Shown: piece by piece, positions 1-13,680 of the stretch | How the letters are laid out: each line of letters opens with the position of its first letter | How positions within the stretch are numbered: position 1 is the first letter of the stretch | NCBI RefSeq assembly: GCF_006345805.1 | Contig: NC_043007.1 | Location: 43,648,001-43,712,000 of the forward strand | Direction: 5' to 3' | Source of the DNA: Octopus sinensis | Taxonomy: Eukaryota | Length of the DNA: 64,000 bases | The notes under the pieces: model-generated | The model's database searches: none | Seen by the model: the letters and a program-made list of their open reading frames with translations, nothing else | What the model was told of the DNA's origin: nothing | Translations under genes and position numbers: made by a program

Positions 1-1365
1 GCACCTGTCACTACTATCGGACCTGTGTGCGGATGCCTTGCTGGGCCATGATTTTCTCAAGCAAAACGAAGGAGTCCATATCTCATTTCCAGGTAAACGA
101 CCCCTTTTGTCACTCTGTAGCCTCACTCCTGTAAGTATAGAAGCACCGCCCTTTTTCTCAACCCTTGTAACAGACTGTAAACCAATTGCAACTAAGTCTC
201 TTCGGTATACAAAAATGGATGAACAAGAAATTCAATGAGTTAAGAAATTCAAAAGCTTTTGGAAGATGGCATTATAGAGCTCTCAAATTCACCATGGCGA
301 GCCCAAGTTCTCGTTACCACTAACGAGTGTCATAAAAAAGAGACTCGTCAAAGATTACAGTCAGGCCATCAACAGATAATTATCTTGACGCGTATCCCCT
401 GCCGAAAATTGGGAAGATGGTTGAAGATATCGCAACACATGCAATCTACAGCACTCTCGATCTTCAAAGTGCGTACCATCAAATCCCAATCAAAGAACAT
501 GCGAAAATGTATACGGCATTCAAAGCTGTGGCCAGTTATACCAGTTTTGTCGTAACCAATGGAGTTGCATGTTTTCAAAGAGTAATGGATTCAATCGTTA
601 AAGAAGAGAAGCTCAAAGGAACCTATGCGTACATCGGCAATATTACCGTCTGTGGTACCAAACGCACAGAACATGACAAGAATTTAGAAAATTTCCTTGC
701 TGTTACGAAGAAGTATGGACTTACCTTTAATGAAAGTAAAAGCATCATAGCTACTGATCGGATGACTCTGTTGAGGTACTAGATTTCTAAGGGTAACATT
801 AAACCAGATCCAGAAAGATTAAGACTCCTTGTAGATTTTCCACCCCCAACAGATATGAAAGCCCAAAAGAGGGTTGTGGGAATTTTTGCTTATTACTCAC
901 CACGGATCTCTCATTTTCCGACAAAATTCATCCACTCGTTCATAACACGAAATTTCCCCTTCCTGAGCGAGGCCAAACAAGCTTTGAAAACCTTGAGAAG
1001 GAACTTGAGCATTCCGTCATAACTACAGTAAAGCCTGACATTCCATTAGTGGCTGAAACAGATGCTTCCGACATCGCTATTGCTGCAACTCTAAACCAAG
1101 TAGGGCGTCCGGTAGCTTCCTTCTCAAGGACTCTATATCCCAGCGAGCATCATCACTCTGCCGTTGAGAAGGAAGCTTATGCTATTGTGGAAGCAACAAG
1201 GAAATGGAGACACTTCCTATTGGGAAACCATTTCAAATTTATCACTGACCAGACATCGGTTGCCTTCATTTATGACACCCATCAAAAGGGTAAAGTCAAA
1301 ATTGACAAAATACAAAGTGGGAAATAGAACTCTCCTGTTTTAGCTATGAATCTGTTTACCAAACC
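1..1365 (+). mobile_element. Ty3/Gypsy LTR retrotransposon pol fragment (protease end, RT, RNase H), frameshifted
   Basis: ORF pieces show LLGHDFL (protease C-terminus), IELSNSPWRAQV, STLDLQSAYHQIPI, YIGNI (degenerate YxDD), ETDASDIAIAATL and EKEAYAIVEATRKWRHFLLGNHFKFITDQ, split across frames. Confidence 0.92.
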
Positions 1366-1396
1366 GGTATATATAATATATATATTATATATATAT

Positions 1397-1439
<43 letters not shown>

Positions 1440-1686
1440 TTATATATATATAATATATATATATTATATATATATATATGATCTATCTATCTATCTATCT
1501 ATATCTATCTATCTATCTATCTTCTATCTATCTATCTATCTATCTATCTATTTATCTATCTATCTATCTACAATTATGCATATATATATATGTATATATA
1601 AATTTAATTAAGGGTAGACATTGATATTTATCAATTAAAACCAGTGGTCTAGCATATTAAAAAAGAATCCGAAGATTAAAATATTT

Positions 1687-1891
1687 ATATATACCAATTA
1701 AGGACTGAACACGAAAAGTGGACAGTCAACATGCTAGATATAGACGTCAATCGCCATTCTCCACAAAGATTATGTTCTCAAATCAAACTCTTTGATTTGA
1801 GAACATAATCTTTGTGGAGAATGCGATTGACGTCTATATCTAGCATGTTGACTGTCCACTTTTCGTGTTCAGTCCTTAATTGGTATATATA
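1687..1891. repeat. Near-perfect palindrome, arms about 100 bp, 3-nt loop
   Basis: ataccaattaaggactgaacacg...aatcaaa-ctc-tttgatt...cgtgttcagtccttaattggtat. Confidence 0.95.
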
Positions 1892-2005
1892 TGTATATAT
1901 ATATATATATATAAATATTATTAGAGACAAAACCACTATTTTGCAAAACAAACAAGGAAAGACTTAATCAATACATAAAATTTAATAAATAGTCAAAAAA
2001 AACCG

Positions 2006-2048
2006 CCACTACAATCGTTTCTTGTCTTGATCGACAATCTTCAGGTGG
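2006..2048 (-). ncRNA. Minimal type I hammerhead ribozyme motif (mirror copy)
   Basis: Exact reverse complement of the motif at 2096-2138. Confidence 0.75.
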
Positions 2049-2095
2049 ACTTCCAATAATTCAGTGTCAAATTATGACACTGAATTATTGGAAGT

Positions 2096-2138
2096 CCACC
2101 TGAAGATTGTCGATCAAGACAAGAAACGATTGTAGTGG
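2096..2138 (+). ncRNA. Minimal type I hammerhead ribozyme motif
   Basis: CCAC-CTGAAGA-TTGTC-gatcaa-GACAA-GAAA-CGATTG-TA-GTGG: stem I 4 bp, stem II 5 bp, GUA site. Confidence 0.75.
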
Positions 2139-2308
2139 CGGTTTTTTTGACTATTTATTAAAATTTTATGTATTGATTAAGTCTTTCCTTGTTGTTTTGC
2201 AAAATAGTGGTTTTGTCTCTAATAATATTTTATAATATTTTCTATAAAATCGATTTAATCCTAAATCTGATTTTTTCCCTGTATTTGGATTTATTCCCTA
2301 ATATTTAT

Positions 2309-2371
<63 letters not shown>

Positions 2372-2635
2372 GTGTGTGTTGTGTGTGGTGTGTGTGGTGT
2401 GTGTGTGTGTGTATACACACACATACCACCCCCTATTTTCGTCTTATTTTACACCCTAAGGCTTTTTTGCTGTATATGTATTATTATCATTTGAATTGTA
2501 GTCTTCGTGTGACCCTAAACCTTTATTTTGTTTATCGTCTTGTCCCACGTCCGTCTACGAACGGTCTCGTCTCGTTTTATTATGTTTTGGTCTCATTGCC
2601 GGTACCTCCAGAGTGGAAGCAATATTATCGATAAG

Positions 2636-2845
2636 GGCAGTGAGCTGGCAGAAAGGTTAGCACGCCGGGCGAAGTGCTTAGCGGTATTTCGTCTGCCGTT
2701 ACGTTCTGAGTTCAAATTCCACTGAGGTCGACTTTCCCTTTCATCCTTTCGAGGTCGATTAAATAAGTGACAGTTATGCACTGGGGTGGATGTAATAGTC
2801 TTAATCCCTTTGTCTGTCCTTGTTTGTCCTCTCTGTGTCTATTGC
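2636..2845 (+). mobile_element. SINE family A (tRNA-like head, Meta/MESC-like core)
   Basis: gagctggcagaa...gagttcaaattcc...tttcatcctttcgaggtcga; many copies in this window. Confidence 0.8.
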
Positions 2846-3323
2846 GTATCGTCAGATCCCAAAATCTGTTGGCCCATGACCTCTTCAAAATATGGAGGGG
2901 GGCATATGCCTCTCTACTCAAAGGTAAACAATTGGAAATTATTTCCCTTTACTGGCTATCGACTTCCGGTTGTGCCGCCATATTGTGGGTTCCAAAAAGC
3001 TAGCAGGAACTTTCTAAAATCTCCGTTCTGGAGTTAAGGATGTTCTTTATTTCGAGCGTGTCTTTTAGGATTCTCGCGTGTTCAGCTATGCGTAACTTGC
3101 AACGCTTCATCCCGTTGATGTAGGTAATCCCATAAACCGGCCTTCCCCATTTTTAATATATACTGCTCTACACTTTAGAGTGTGCTCTACTTTCGAATTT
3201 GTTTTCTACAAACGAAATATATATATAATATACATATATATATATATATGTATAATATATACTATATATATATATATATATATATATAATGTGTATATAT
3301 GTATGCATATATATGTATGTGTG

Positions 3324-3400
<77 letters not shown>

Positions 3401-3424
3401 CATACATATATATATATATATACA

Positions 3425-3645
3425 AGGCGGCGCAGAAACATTAGCACGCCGGGTGAAATGCTTTACGGTATTTCGTCTGCCGTTACGTTCTGAGTTCAAA
3501 TTCCGCCGAGGTCGACTTTGCCTTTCATCCTTTCGGGGTCGATAAATTAAGTACCAGTTACGCACTGGGGTCGATGTAATCGACTAAATCCCTTTGTCTG
3601 TCCTTGTTTGTCCCCTCTGTGTTTAGCCCCTTGTGGGTAGTAAAG
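3425..3645 (+). mobile_element. SINE family A
   Basis: High similarity to 2636-2845; B-box gagttcaaattcc. Confidence 0.8.
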
Positions 3646-3855
3646 AAATATATATATATATATACATACATGCATATGTATGTATATGTACATATGTATA
3701 TACATACATATCTTCTATCTATCTCACTATACATACACACATACACACACGCGCGCACCGCACACATGCGTGTGTGTGCGTGCGTGTGTATGTGTATGTA
3801 ACTAGTAGAACATGTTCGGTGATAAATTTTCACATTAACTTCATATTGGTGTTAA

Positions 3856-3958
3856 ACTACTACAACTACTACTACTACAACAACAACTACTACTACTACT
3901 ACTACTACAGCTACTACTACTACTACCACCACCACCACCACCACCACCACCACCACCA

Positions 3959-3995
<37 letters not shown>

Positions 3996-4060
3996 AACTA
4001 CTACTACTACTACTACTACTACCATTGCCATTACTGCTGCTGCCACCGCCGCCACCGCTG
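3856..4060. repeat. (CTA)n/(CCA)n trinucleotide microsatellite
   Basis: Seen directly. Confidence 0.95.
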
Positions 4061-4849
4061 TTATCGTGAAACTGAAATATTTTTCAAATAAATTCTTTGT
4101 TGATCAATGTCGTAGTCTACGAGAAAGAAAATCGCTTCTTTACAAATATTTAAATGCCAATACTTCAAATAAATTACATTTCGTTTCATTCAGTCTTTGT
4201 CCGAAGAATGACAGTTCTTTTGATGACAATATATCATTCCAGACCAAATCAAAGCCAATAAAGAAAGAAGTCTTTTGAAACTGAAATAACAAATTGCTAT
4301 GAACAGTCTTCCTTAAATCATAAAGCGAAACGAGAGAAGCTTCTATTGGGTTCTTGTAAAGACAGTGAAATCTCTGTTAAACCTTTAAAAAAAAACGAGT
4401 GGATAATCTAACCTACATACAGTATTCGAAAAGAGGAAGAAGAAAATGATTCGGGTCACGGTTGGAACGTATCTGATCATATAATATAATGGCTTGACCA
4501 CAGTTGATCTGGAAGTACAGAACAATGATCCTAGAAGCAAGGTAAGGAAGATCGATAAATTATAGTGGTAGTGAAGCTGTAGGTCGTTAAAATATTGTGA
4601 AGATATCTAGGAGAGGTTTATCTCGTGTTAGGATGATGAATAAAAATCTGTTCAAGGGGAGAACGAATTACAAAATTTCTAGGTAGCGCCTCAACCTGCT
4701 AAAAATAGCAGTCAAATCATACTCTACCGTTTTAAAGAAGGAAAAGATGCATTAGACTTTGATCAGATGTCTGTTCGGTGTGGGATGAACTGGAGCTAAA
4801 CAACAACAGTAACAGCGAGGACAACGACGACGACGACAACAACAACAGT

Positions 4850-5035
4850 GGAGGTGCAATGGCCCAGTGGTTAGGGCAGCGGAATCGTGGTTGTAAGAAC
4901 GCGGGTTCGATTCCCAGGCCGGGCATTGTGAGTGTTTATTGAGCAAAAACACCTTAGCTTCACGATGCTCCGGTGGTGATGGGGGTGAACTCCGCTGCAC
5001 TCTTTCACCACAACTTTCTCTCACTCTTTCTTCCT
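4850..5035 (+). mobile_element. tRNA-derived SINE family C (5' part)
   Basis: A-box tggcccagtgg, B-box ggttcgattcc; similar to the reverse complement of 30240-30535. Confidence 0.75.
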
Positions 5036-5325
5036 ACTTCTGCCACAAAGCAGAGGAATCATGGTGTAACCCACTATGGTGTGGTAAACTTTCAGACCCT
5101 AGTCTAGATTACGAATCCTCTGTACTCCAGGATGGTTCAGCTCTCCACCCGTTAAAAGCCACCGTTTACGGAATGAGGATAACAACATAGCTTTCGCGCC
5201 CGTGCAACTGCCAGTCTATCGTGTGTGGTGGGTGGATCTTCAAGTTGCCACACGCATTCTTAGTAGCTTAGAGTAGGCTCGAATTAGAGATTATTCTTTG
5301 TGGCTAATGGCGTGAGTACTGATTG

Positions 5326-5515
5326 GAAGAAGAAGAAGAAGAAGAAGAAGAAGAGAAGAAGAAGAAGAAGAAGAAGAAGAAGAAGAAGAAGAAGAAGAAG
5401 AAGAAGAAGAAGAAGAAGAAGAAGAAGAAAGAAGAAGAAGAAGAAGAAGAGAAGAAGAAGAAGAAGAAGAAGAAGAAGAAGAAGAAGAAGAAGAAGAAGA
5501 AGAAGAAGAAGAAGA
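5326..5515. repeat. (GAA)n microsatellite
   Basis: Seen directly. Confidence 0.97.
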
Positions 5516-5579
5516 CAACAGCAACAGCTAGAAAGAGCAGTTTATAAGAGGAGGCTGCAAACACAATTCGGAAAAACGA

Positions 5580-6135
5580 AACCTTAGCAGTTGAGCGGAT
5601 ACATCTGTCGGACAAAATACCTTGCTGTATTCGTTCCGGTTAACGTTCGAAGCTCAACCTTCACCGTGGTCAACTTAGATTTTCATCCTTTCGGTGTCTA
5701 TAAAATTATCAAAATTTGAGGCTGTGTGTCTGTAAAAGAAATCATTACTAATTGACTGAAATATATTTAGTGACAGAATCTTTAGATCACCGGAAAAAAT
5801 GCTTTGGTTCTTTACGTTCCGAGCTTTTTATGTTCTGATTTTATATTCCGTTGAGATCAACTTTGCCTTTCCTCATTTGGTGAACCAATCAAATGAAGTA
5901 CTGATTAAGTTCTAGAGTAACGACTTAACTCCTCTCAAAATTGGTGACCTTGTACTTAAACCAGGAACCATTATTATTTAGACGGACATATATTTTATCG
6001 ACCCCAAAAGAATGACAGGCGAAGTCAGCTTTGCTTTTCATCCTCCTGAGTTGATAAAATTAAGTATCGGTCAAGAACTGGGGTTGATGTAATCGAATTG
6101 GCTCCTTCCTCCAAAACGACTGGCTATGTGTCTAA
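5580..6135 (+). mobile_element. Cluster of degenerate SINE family A fragments
   Basis: Three decayed copies of the tttcatcct...gataaaat core. Confidence 0.6.
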
Positions 6136-7233
6136 ATTGGAAACAGTTATTTAATTTGGGACATAATGATGGTTATCATTTATCATGAAGAATAATGATG
6201 GTGGCTGTGTCCAGTGTCGTGCTTTCAAATTTGTGAGATCGATGTTGTAGCTGTTTAGCGTAAATGTCCATGAAAAATGATGGCAGAAGGTTTGTTTGGA
6301 AAGGATTGCGGTTCTAGTAATAAAATCCGAGTAATATAATAAATGCAGAGGCTTACTCGATGTGACAAAAAAATGAACGACGAGCAGGCCTGTGATGAGT
6401 GCATCATAGAAGTTCTATGTAAAAATGGAGTACAGTAATGTTCATAGTAGCATTAAAGGAAATATGGAGAGAAAGGAGCGTGTTTATGTACCAGTGGTTT
6501 TAATGTTGGTGAGTGAATAACGGCCAATCAACCAGAAATGTGGAGAAATAAAATTATACTCGGGTTTTTAACTGTAATACTTTATGATACTTGGTATCGT
6601 AATTCAATAGCTTCAATTTTAAATGGCAACCATCTATTTTGATTATTGAGACAGTCTCCCCTTATTTGCAATTTATATCCAGCTTTTGTAAACTTCCCTT
6701 TCAATGAATAAATAATCATTAAAACCGTATCTATCAGGGCTGCCATGCTTCTTGTCAAAAAAATTATCATTATCATCTCAAATAACTATATGCATATTTA
6801 ACCAGATGAATATTTAAACACTTAAACAGAACACAGATGATAAATTGGAAACAAGTCTGCACGTGATCAAAGTATGACTCTGTAGAGTCATAGAATCTTC
6901 AACATTAACAATGGCACGAATGTTTAAATTTTGATAGGAATTGGGTCAATCTATTCAAAAACTTTTCTTGAAGAATAGTATAAATCAACTGCTCGAGGAT
7001 GCTAGCAGCGGAAGTTTTCAACTTGAAAATATCTCTTTACTCGTGCATGGGTACAGGCAACGCTAAGTACACATGCTTGGCTAATGGTTAAGAGCTTCGT
7101 TTCACAATGATGTAGCTTCAAGTTTAAGCTCTATGCACGGTAAAATATAACCTAGCCTCAGATTGACGAAAGCTTTGTAAGCGGGATCTGGCAGACGAAA
7201 ATTGTGCGGAAACCCGCTGGAAGAACAACAGTT

Positions 7234-7298
<65 letters not shown>

Positions 7299-9289
7299 AC
7301 TTAAACCGCCACTCAGTTTAACACCCCCTTGTTCCTTGGTTGTCGTTAGCGGAGTCCATTCCGTTGTCTGAGAAGCATTTCTCTTTCGAATGACAGGGGC
7401 CCCAAGAGGTTCTTAAGAAAACAGTTAAAAGGTTCTAAAAATTAAAATAGTTTTACAAAGTTGTCGGGTAGAAACTAACGACTTATTCCCAGTATGTTTC
7501 TCCTTAGTGCCGTTCGGGGTATTTAAGGCACACACGAATATTACCTCTGCTTCCAGTTTTATAATCAAAAGCGTTTTTGGAATTTTTCTTTTTAAAAAGG
7601 TGAATAAAAATGTTCTTTGACCAAGCAGTTATGGGTTTTGAAATGTCCAGGAGAGGTCGTTTAAGTATTAAGTTTGATAAATATTAATTTTGTCTCCGGG
7701 GAAATAAAAAGATATTTGTTTACACTTGTACAAGTGTACTCAATTATCTATGAGAGTGGTTGGAAAGCTCTTGCACTGCTTATGAAGGATTAATTTAATA
7801 CGTCACAGTATCAAGCACATATCGTCCACTGGCTGTAGATCTCTGTAGTTCAACTATGCGGATTCAGTTGTTCGATCTAGAGAATTACTTGCTTGAATTA
7901 ACGCGTAAGCGACCGAGCATTCCACAGTCACATGCAATTTTAATGTAAAATACAGGCACAATCAGCATAACACAATGTGCAATAATGCTGTATCTTTCGA
8001 ATTAAAAGTTTAGTCACCTGACGGACATCCCTATACTTTCCTGTTACCCAATTCTATCCACAAGGTAAAAATCGACCCGAAGTTATAGAAACTTACATTT
8101 ACTTTAGATGCCACTTAGTGGGATCGAACGTTGGATCCCGTCTAGTGCATTCATGCATAAATGTATTCAATGTCTTTGAATGGCTTAGTGTTAATGAATT
8201 TGCTAAATTATAGATTTAACTATGTCAACTACGGTATTACAAATACCAGAGCATTTCCAGTTAATTCTGTGAATATAAAGTTATTCTAAATTTCTACAAA
8301 TATTCCATTTGTATTCACGGCGTTCGATGGTCTTTTGTCCTATTTTTATTTCGTTTTATAATTATAATGGCAATAGATTCTGATAAAGAAGTATTCCCAT
8401 TACTAATTAAGCTGACAGAAAATTGCTAATGAACCACATGATCTCAAATAATAAACTAGATGAACTCAAATAATAAATAACATGAACTCAAGCAATTACT
8501 ATGGATCCCTTGTTGAAATATAAAAGAAAACAAAGAAAAAAATAAAAACACTAGATATGATTTTAGAATTGTTTATTCTCTATTTTGAAAACAAAATTCA
8601 TTTCTCTGTTCCTTATAAAAAAAGGAAGCAAGAAAATTACTGACAATTCAATTTTATTGGATCTGTTTGCTTAGAAAAGCGTAAAGAAAATAAAGAGACC
8701 GTTTCAAATTTACTATAAAAGGCATGTTACTTATTGGAACAGACATATGTTTTATTATTTCCACGAAAATCATCTATTTTAGGGTTAGTATGTGTTAGAC
8801 TCTAAAATATGTTTATTAAATTTGCTTATTTCATGCTTAGATAAATTAAACTACAGTTAAGGTTTCTTAGAAAATGTGATCATTGACGGTGATATAAGGC
8901 TTTTGTAAAGTTAAATGATGTACTCAATGATCTATTTTAAAGTTATTAGATGTTCGACTATAATCTGTGGTATATGTTGCTCTCCGTTTTGTTTTGATCG
9001 TTAAAACGTATATATTTTAAGAATTTCAAAGTATCTTTTACCTTCTTGCGTAAGGAATTCTGAAAGTGATTGTGAATTAATTCATTAACATTACTTTTTA
9101 CCAGTTGGTGTTAAACCTCACTTACTGTTAAAGCTGCAGCTTTCAATAAATTATTTAGTGTTGTGCTTCTCGTAGCGAACACCTTTTTTTATTCTGATTG
9201 TTTATACCATAGCGTGAAGGTATTTCTCTCTCTAATTCTGTTTGTCCATTTCTCCCTCTTTCTGTGTGTGACTCTCCCCCCTCTCTCTC

Positions 9290-9443
9290 TATGTATGTAT
9301 GTATGTATGTATGTATGTATGTATGTAGATGTATGTATGTATGTATGTATGTATGTATGTAGTATGTATGTATGTATGTATGTATGTATGTATGTATGTA
9401 TGTATTATGTATGTATCTATATATCTATCTATCTATCTATCTA

Positions 9444-9497
<54 letters not shown>
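9290..9497. repeat. Compound (TATG)n/(TCTA)n/(TA)n microsatellite
   Basis: Seen directly. Confidence 0.95.
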
Positions 9498-9499
<2 letters not shown>

Positions 9500-9502
<3 letters not shown>

Positions 9503-9682
9503 GTAAAAAGTGAAAAAACTACAGAAGGCTTGTTTTAAAAGGTTAAAGAATATATATTTAAGTCAATATGTCTGAAGAATATTATTAATTTTTTTCTTAC
9601 AATGACATAGTTTAGAAGAAAGACCGGTTTCGCGTTTGGCTTTTCAAATTTCTTACGTCGTTATGTTTATGTTTATATATAT

Positions 9683-9715
<33 letters not shown>

Positions 9716-11750
9716 TGCAAATACAGGTCTATATAGGCACAGGGAAAAATGCAGGGTGGAAGGTAGAGTACAGAAAAAATTACGTGTAAAAACCAAATTC
9801 TCTATAATATGTAAGAAATATATGTATAAAAATATATAAATAAAATCAAAGTAAAAGGTATAATGAGGTAAAAAAAACTTGTGCGTGGACATAATATAGA
9901 AAGCAAGTTCTATCTGTAGTCTTGGGGGGACCAAAAACGTAACAAAAATTTGGCCACGTGTGGGCATGATCCGAAAAATTCTGTCCTTGAGTTTAGTCAT
10001 GTAGTGGGGTTTAAGCTGCTTTTCCAGATGAGCCATTTTTCCATGTCGCATAGACCGCACTTTCCGCTGCCGTTGGTGTAGGGCTTACATTTGGCTAAAA
10101 TCTTCCAATGGATGTTGCAACTGACACCTTTATCTTTTAATGACCATATATGACTGGATAATTTTGTCGTTTTCCTTTTGTCCCAGTATCTTTAGTGGGC
10201 ATAGAGTCCACGGTAGCTTCGTAGATGATGGTCTCGGACATGCAAGCTCCATTTAGCGGGCACAATTTTTTTGTCCCTGCATGAACAGCTGGTTTCATAT
10301 TGTGGTTTTTGTGTGTTGTGTGCGATTATATTTTTAAAATTGGTAGTTGAGCTGAAACTGATTCTTAAGTTGTGTTTATTGAAGAGCTTCTTGTAAGTTG
10401 ACTGGAAAATGTCTATCTATCAGTGCTAAGAAATATTTACATATATTGAAGGTCACCTCGGGTGTGTAGGGAGGTGTGAACCAGATGATCTTCCTATTGC
10501 TATTTCTCCTCTTCTTTATTGTTGGGCTAGTGAGAGGTGTATAGGTTATTTCTTCGCTAAAACCACTATCTTTTAAAGCCTTATTATATACTGGGAGAGG
10601 CTAGAAATTCTCTTACTAGTGTTTTTAACTAAATTTTTAAATAATATAGGGGGATGGAATGAACCTACATTAATATAACTAAGTCTATCATTGGGCTTCC
10701 TATAAGGCTTACAGATGTTCTTATTTAGATCTAAGGATACGTCTAAGAAACTGACAACCGCCAGGTTGGTATCTATAGTTATACTAAGTCCGAGGTTTTT
10801 CATTAAATGGATAATATCCGTCCTAAATCGATCCTGTGCTGGTCCATTTGTATTAGCGGTTAAAGCGAGGGCATCATCTTTGTAGATGGTGAAGTATACG
10901 TCAGGAAAGGTCTTATTCAACGTATCGAGTAGAAATAATCCAATAAGAGCGCATATGCCTGCTCCATCATATGACCCCATGCTCACATCGAAAACACCCT
11001 CTGTGTCGGTAGTTTTGACCCACTCTGCGTTCTCGCTGAAAAGTAAAGTCTTTCTAGCATGGAAGATTATATCCTTATCCTGTGTACTGATTTCTATGAA
11101 ATTGCTTGCGAAGGTGAGGGCTTTATCTAGCAGTTCTTTAGAGATAGAGGCATAAAAATCGACAATATCGAATTGTGTAAACCTCGCTTTTTTCTTATTC
11201 TCAATGGCTTTAAACCAGTCAACGACTTCTATATTTTTGGACCATTATACTAGCCTAGTGGCGGTCTTAATTTTTGCATTTATTTTTCCTAAAATTTCTT
11301 TACGACTAATGCCAAGTTCTGATTTAGCTGGGTTAATAAGCCTACATTTAGGGTTGGATAGGAAGTTCTCTTTGTGGTCTTTGATTGTAATAAAGGCCTC
11401 TTTTTTGGGAAGGACCTCTATTTTTTTTTCATCTAATTTAAGTCTAGCGGCGATAACGCTAGCTTCTTTGTTAATTTCGTTATAGGTCTGTGGCCTAGCC
11501 TTGGTGTAATTATTAATGATGCAGTTGTGTAATAGTTGTGAATATTTGCTGTTTTCTACCAGGTACAAGTTCTTGGTTTTGTCGGAAAAAAGTGCCCTTT
11601 TCTTGGAGCTTTTTATGTAATTTATATCTTTTTTCAGTTTGTGTTGGAAAGTGTTAAAAGACTTACGAAATTTTATTTATTCATAAGCTTCCGTAGGTCC
11701 ACTTCGAAGTCTTCCAATCCTTTGATCTTGGGAGGGAATTTCTTAGATTA
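9500..11750 (-). mobile_element. Penelope-like retroelement remnant (RT + GIY-YIG endonuclease + 3' pseudo-LTR), disrupted
   Basis: EAFITIKDHKENFLSNPKCRLINPAKSELG, MGSYDGAGICALIG, YKDDAL, FLDVSLDL, PYRKPND; Cys-rich CPLNGACMSETIIYEATV near 10200-10290. Confidence 0.9.
9616..9654 (-). ncRNA. Minimal type I hammerhead motif, U3-A8 variant
   Basis: Minus strand AAGAAA-t-TTGAAAA-GC-caaac-GC-GAAA-CCGG-TC-TTTCTT; palindromic helix III ACCGGT, GUC site; sense to and downstream of the PLE ORF. Confidence 0.7.
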
Positions 11751-11809
11751 TACGATAGAATGTATTTTCTGTATAACGGTCATTTTTCATAGCGTTTTTC
11801 CGATGGCCG

Positions 11810-11870
11810 GATAACTGAAGAGATGGTGGTGTGGATTTCCACCTCGGCATCCGGAACTCAGAGTTTTATC
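11810..11870 (+). ncRNA. Degenerate type I hammerhead motif
   Basis: GATAA-CTGAAGA-GATG...CATC-c-GGAA-CTCaGAG-TT-TTATC; GAAA is mutated to GGAA. Confidence 0.5.
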
Positions 11871-12029
11871 TTGGCTACTGAATAATTGTCACATATTATA
11901 TTTACAGATAAATTCCTCTATTTACATAATATTGATGTCTCTTTCTTTCTTTTGTTATCTTACCATTTTTACCAATATATATATATATATAAATAGTATG
12001 TATATATGTTATTAGACACTAAATATGCG

Positions 12030-12339
<310 letters not shown>

Positions 12340-12619
12340 TCTATATTTGCTGTACATATATTCTGTTGAAAACAGGATTTACCATAAGCATTACTGTTTG
12401 ATTATTCACGCCGAAATGTATCAGGCAAACCAAGATACAATCTGATATATATCTCTTGGGAATTCAAATTATAGATAAAACATTAAAAGAAATGGAAGGG
12501 TTATTGAAATTTCAAAATCTAACTCCTTCACAGCTCTCTATGCTACTTTCGATCTTTGAATTTTATTACTGGATTGTTTTTTCTTAGAAATTAGTCACTT
12601 TTTTTATAGAAAAAGTTTA

Positions 12620-13175
12620 AAGAATAAATAATATTCATAGATACATGCATGCATAATTACATAAAATCTACATAATACATACATACATACACCTAGACAT
12701 AAGTACATAGACAAATACATGTACGCATGTTTATACATGCATACGCACAAATAGCCATTCATATATACGCATAAATACACATATACACATACATAATGTA
12801 TACATATACGTACACATATACATGTATGCACATATATATATATATACATTAATACTTATACACAAACAAATATATATATACATATATATATATTCGCACA
12901 GATATACATACACGCACAATAAACACATATACACATACGTACGCACATACATAATTTAAATAATACATACACACACATGCACGCATATAAACACATACAC
13001 ATACACACCACATATATACATACACATACATCTATAATGCATGGATACATACATGCATATAAACATACATACATACATACATACATACATACATACATAC
13101 ATACATACATACATACAGAGATACATACATACACACATATATTCACACATACATACGTATATAAACATATATACA
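12620..13175. repeat. Degenerate (TACA)n low-complexity tract
   Basis: Seen directly. Confidence 0.9.
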
Positions 13176-13459
13176 TAGCTGCTGCCATTAAAAGCCTCAC
13201 AAATCTTCACTCGTGCATTCAAGTACAGAAAGTTTTTTTCCGATGTTGCAAATATTTCAAAGGAAATATTGCAAGAAGACAGTCCGTCTGTGATTCTGTT
13301 TATTTTAGCATATAAAAATTACCGTTATTTCCTTTGATAAATCCAACGGACGATATCAAGATCTAAAGTAGAAATATTTAACATTGCTTAACAACAGCTG
13401 GATTTAGTAACAAAATTCACAGTTTATATAGAAATGGAAATCGTTCTAAAGACAAAAGT

Positions 13460-13680
13460 CAATAAATACAGTAGCCTGACCGGCCGCTATCAGTTTGTGT
13501 CGGTCGCTATCGACACACCAGATATTCCTCGGAGCATGGACTATAGATTTCCTTTGTAAAATAGAGATAACGGCTGCTCAGTAGAGAAATGAGGACCGCA
13601 AGGCGGAGTGGCTTGTGCAGCGAATGTCCTTGACCATTCTCCGCGGCAATGCTATCGTGGTAATTACCATGGGGAGCTGT
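13460..13680 (+). mobile_element. 3' fragment of an RLE non-LTR retrotransposon (CRE-like C-terminus)
   Basis: Hand translation gives KYSSLTGRYQFVSVAIDT and AEWLVQRMSLTILRGNAIVV, matching the KY..F.P.A.ET and QR.S...QRGNA pattern. Confidence 0.6.

Larger units (their letters stand above)
1911..2232. repeat. Palindrome, arms about 158 bp; probable inverted PLE pseudo-LTR fragment
   Basis: ttagagacaaaaccact...tcagtgtca-aatta-tgacactga...agtggttttgtctctaa; carries an HHR motif in each arm; bounded by (TA)n. Confidence 0.9.

Noticed and set aside
3180-5615. Poly-YI, poly-K/R/E and poly-V ORFs (and similar ones elsewhere)
   Set aside because: Open frames created by microsatellites
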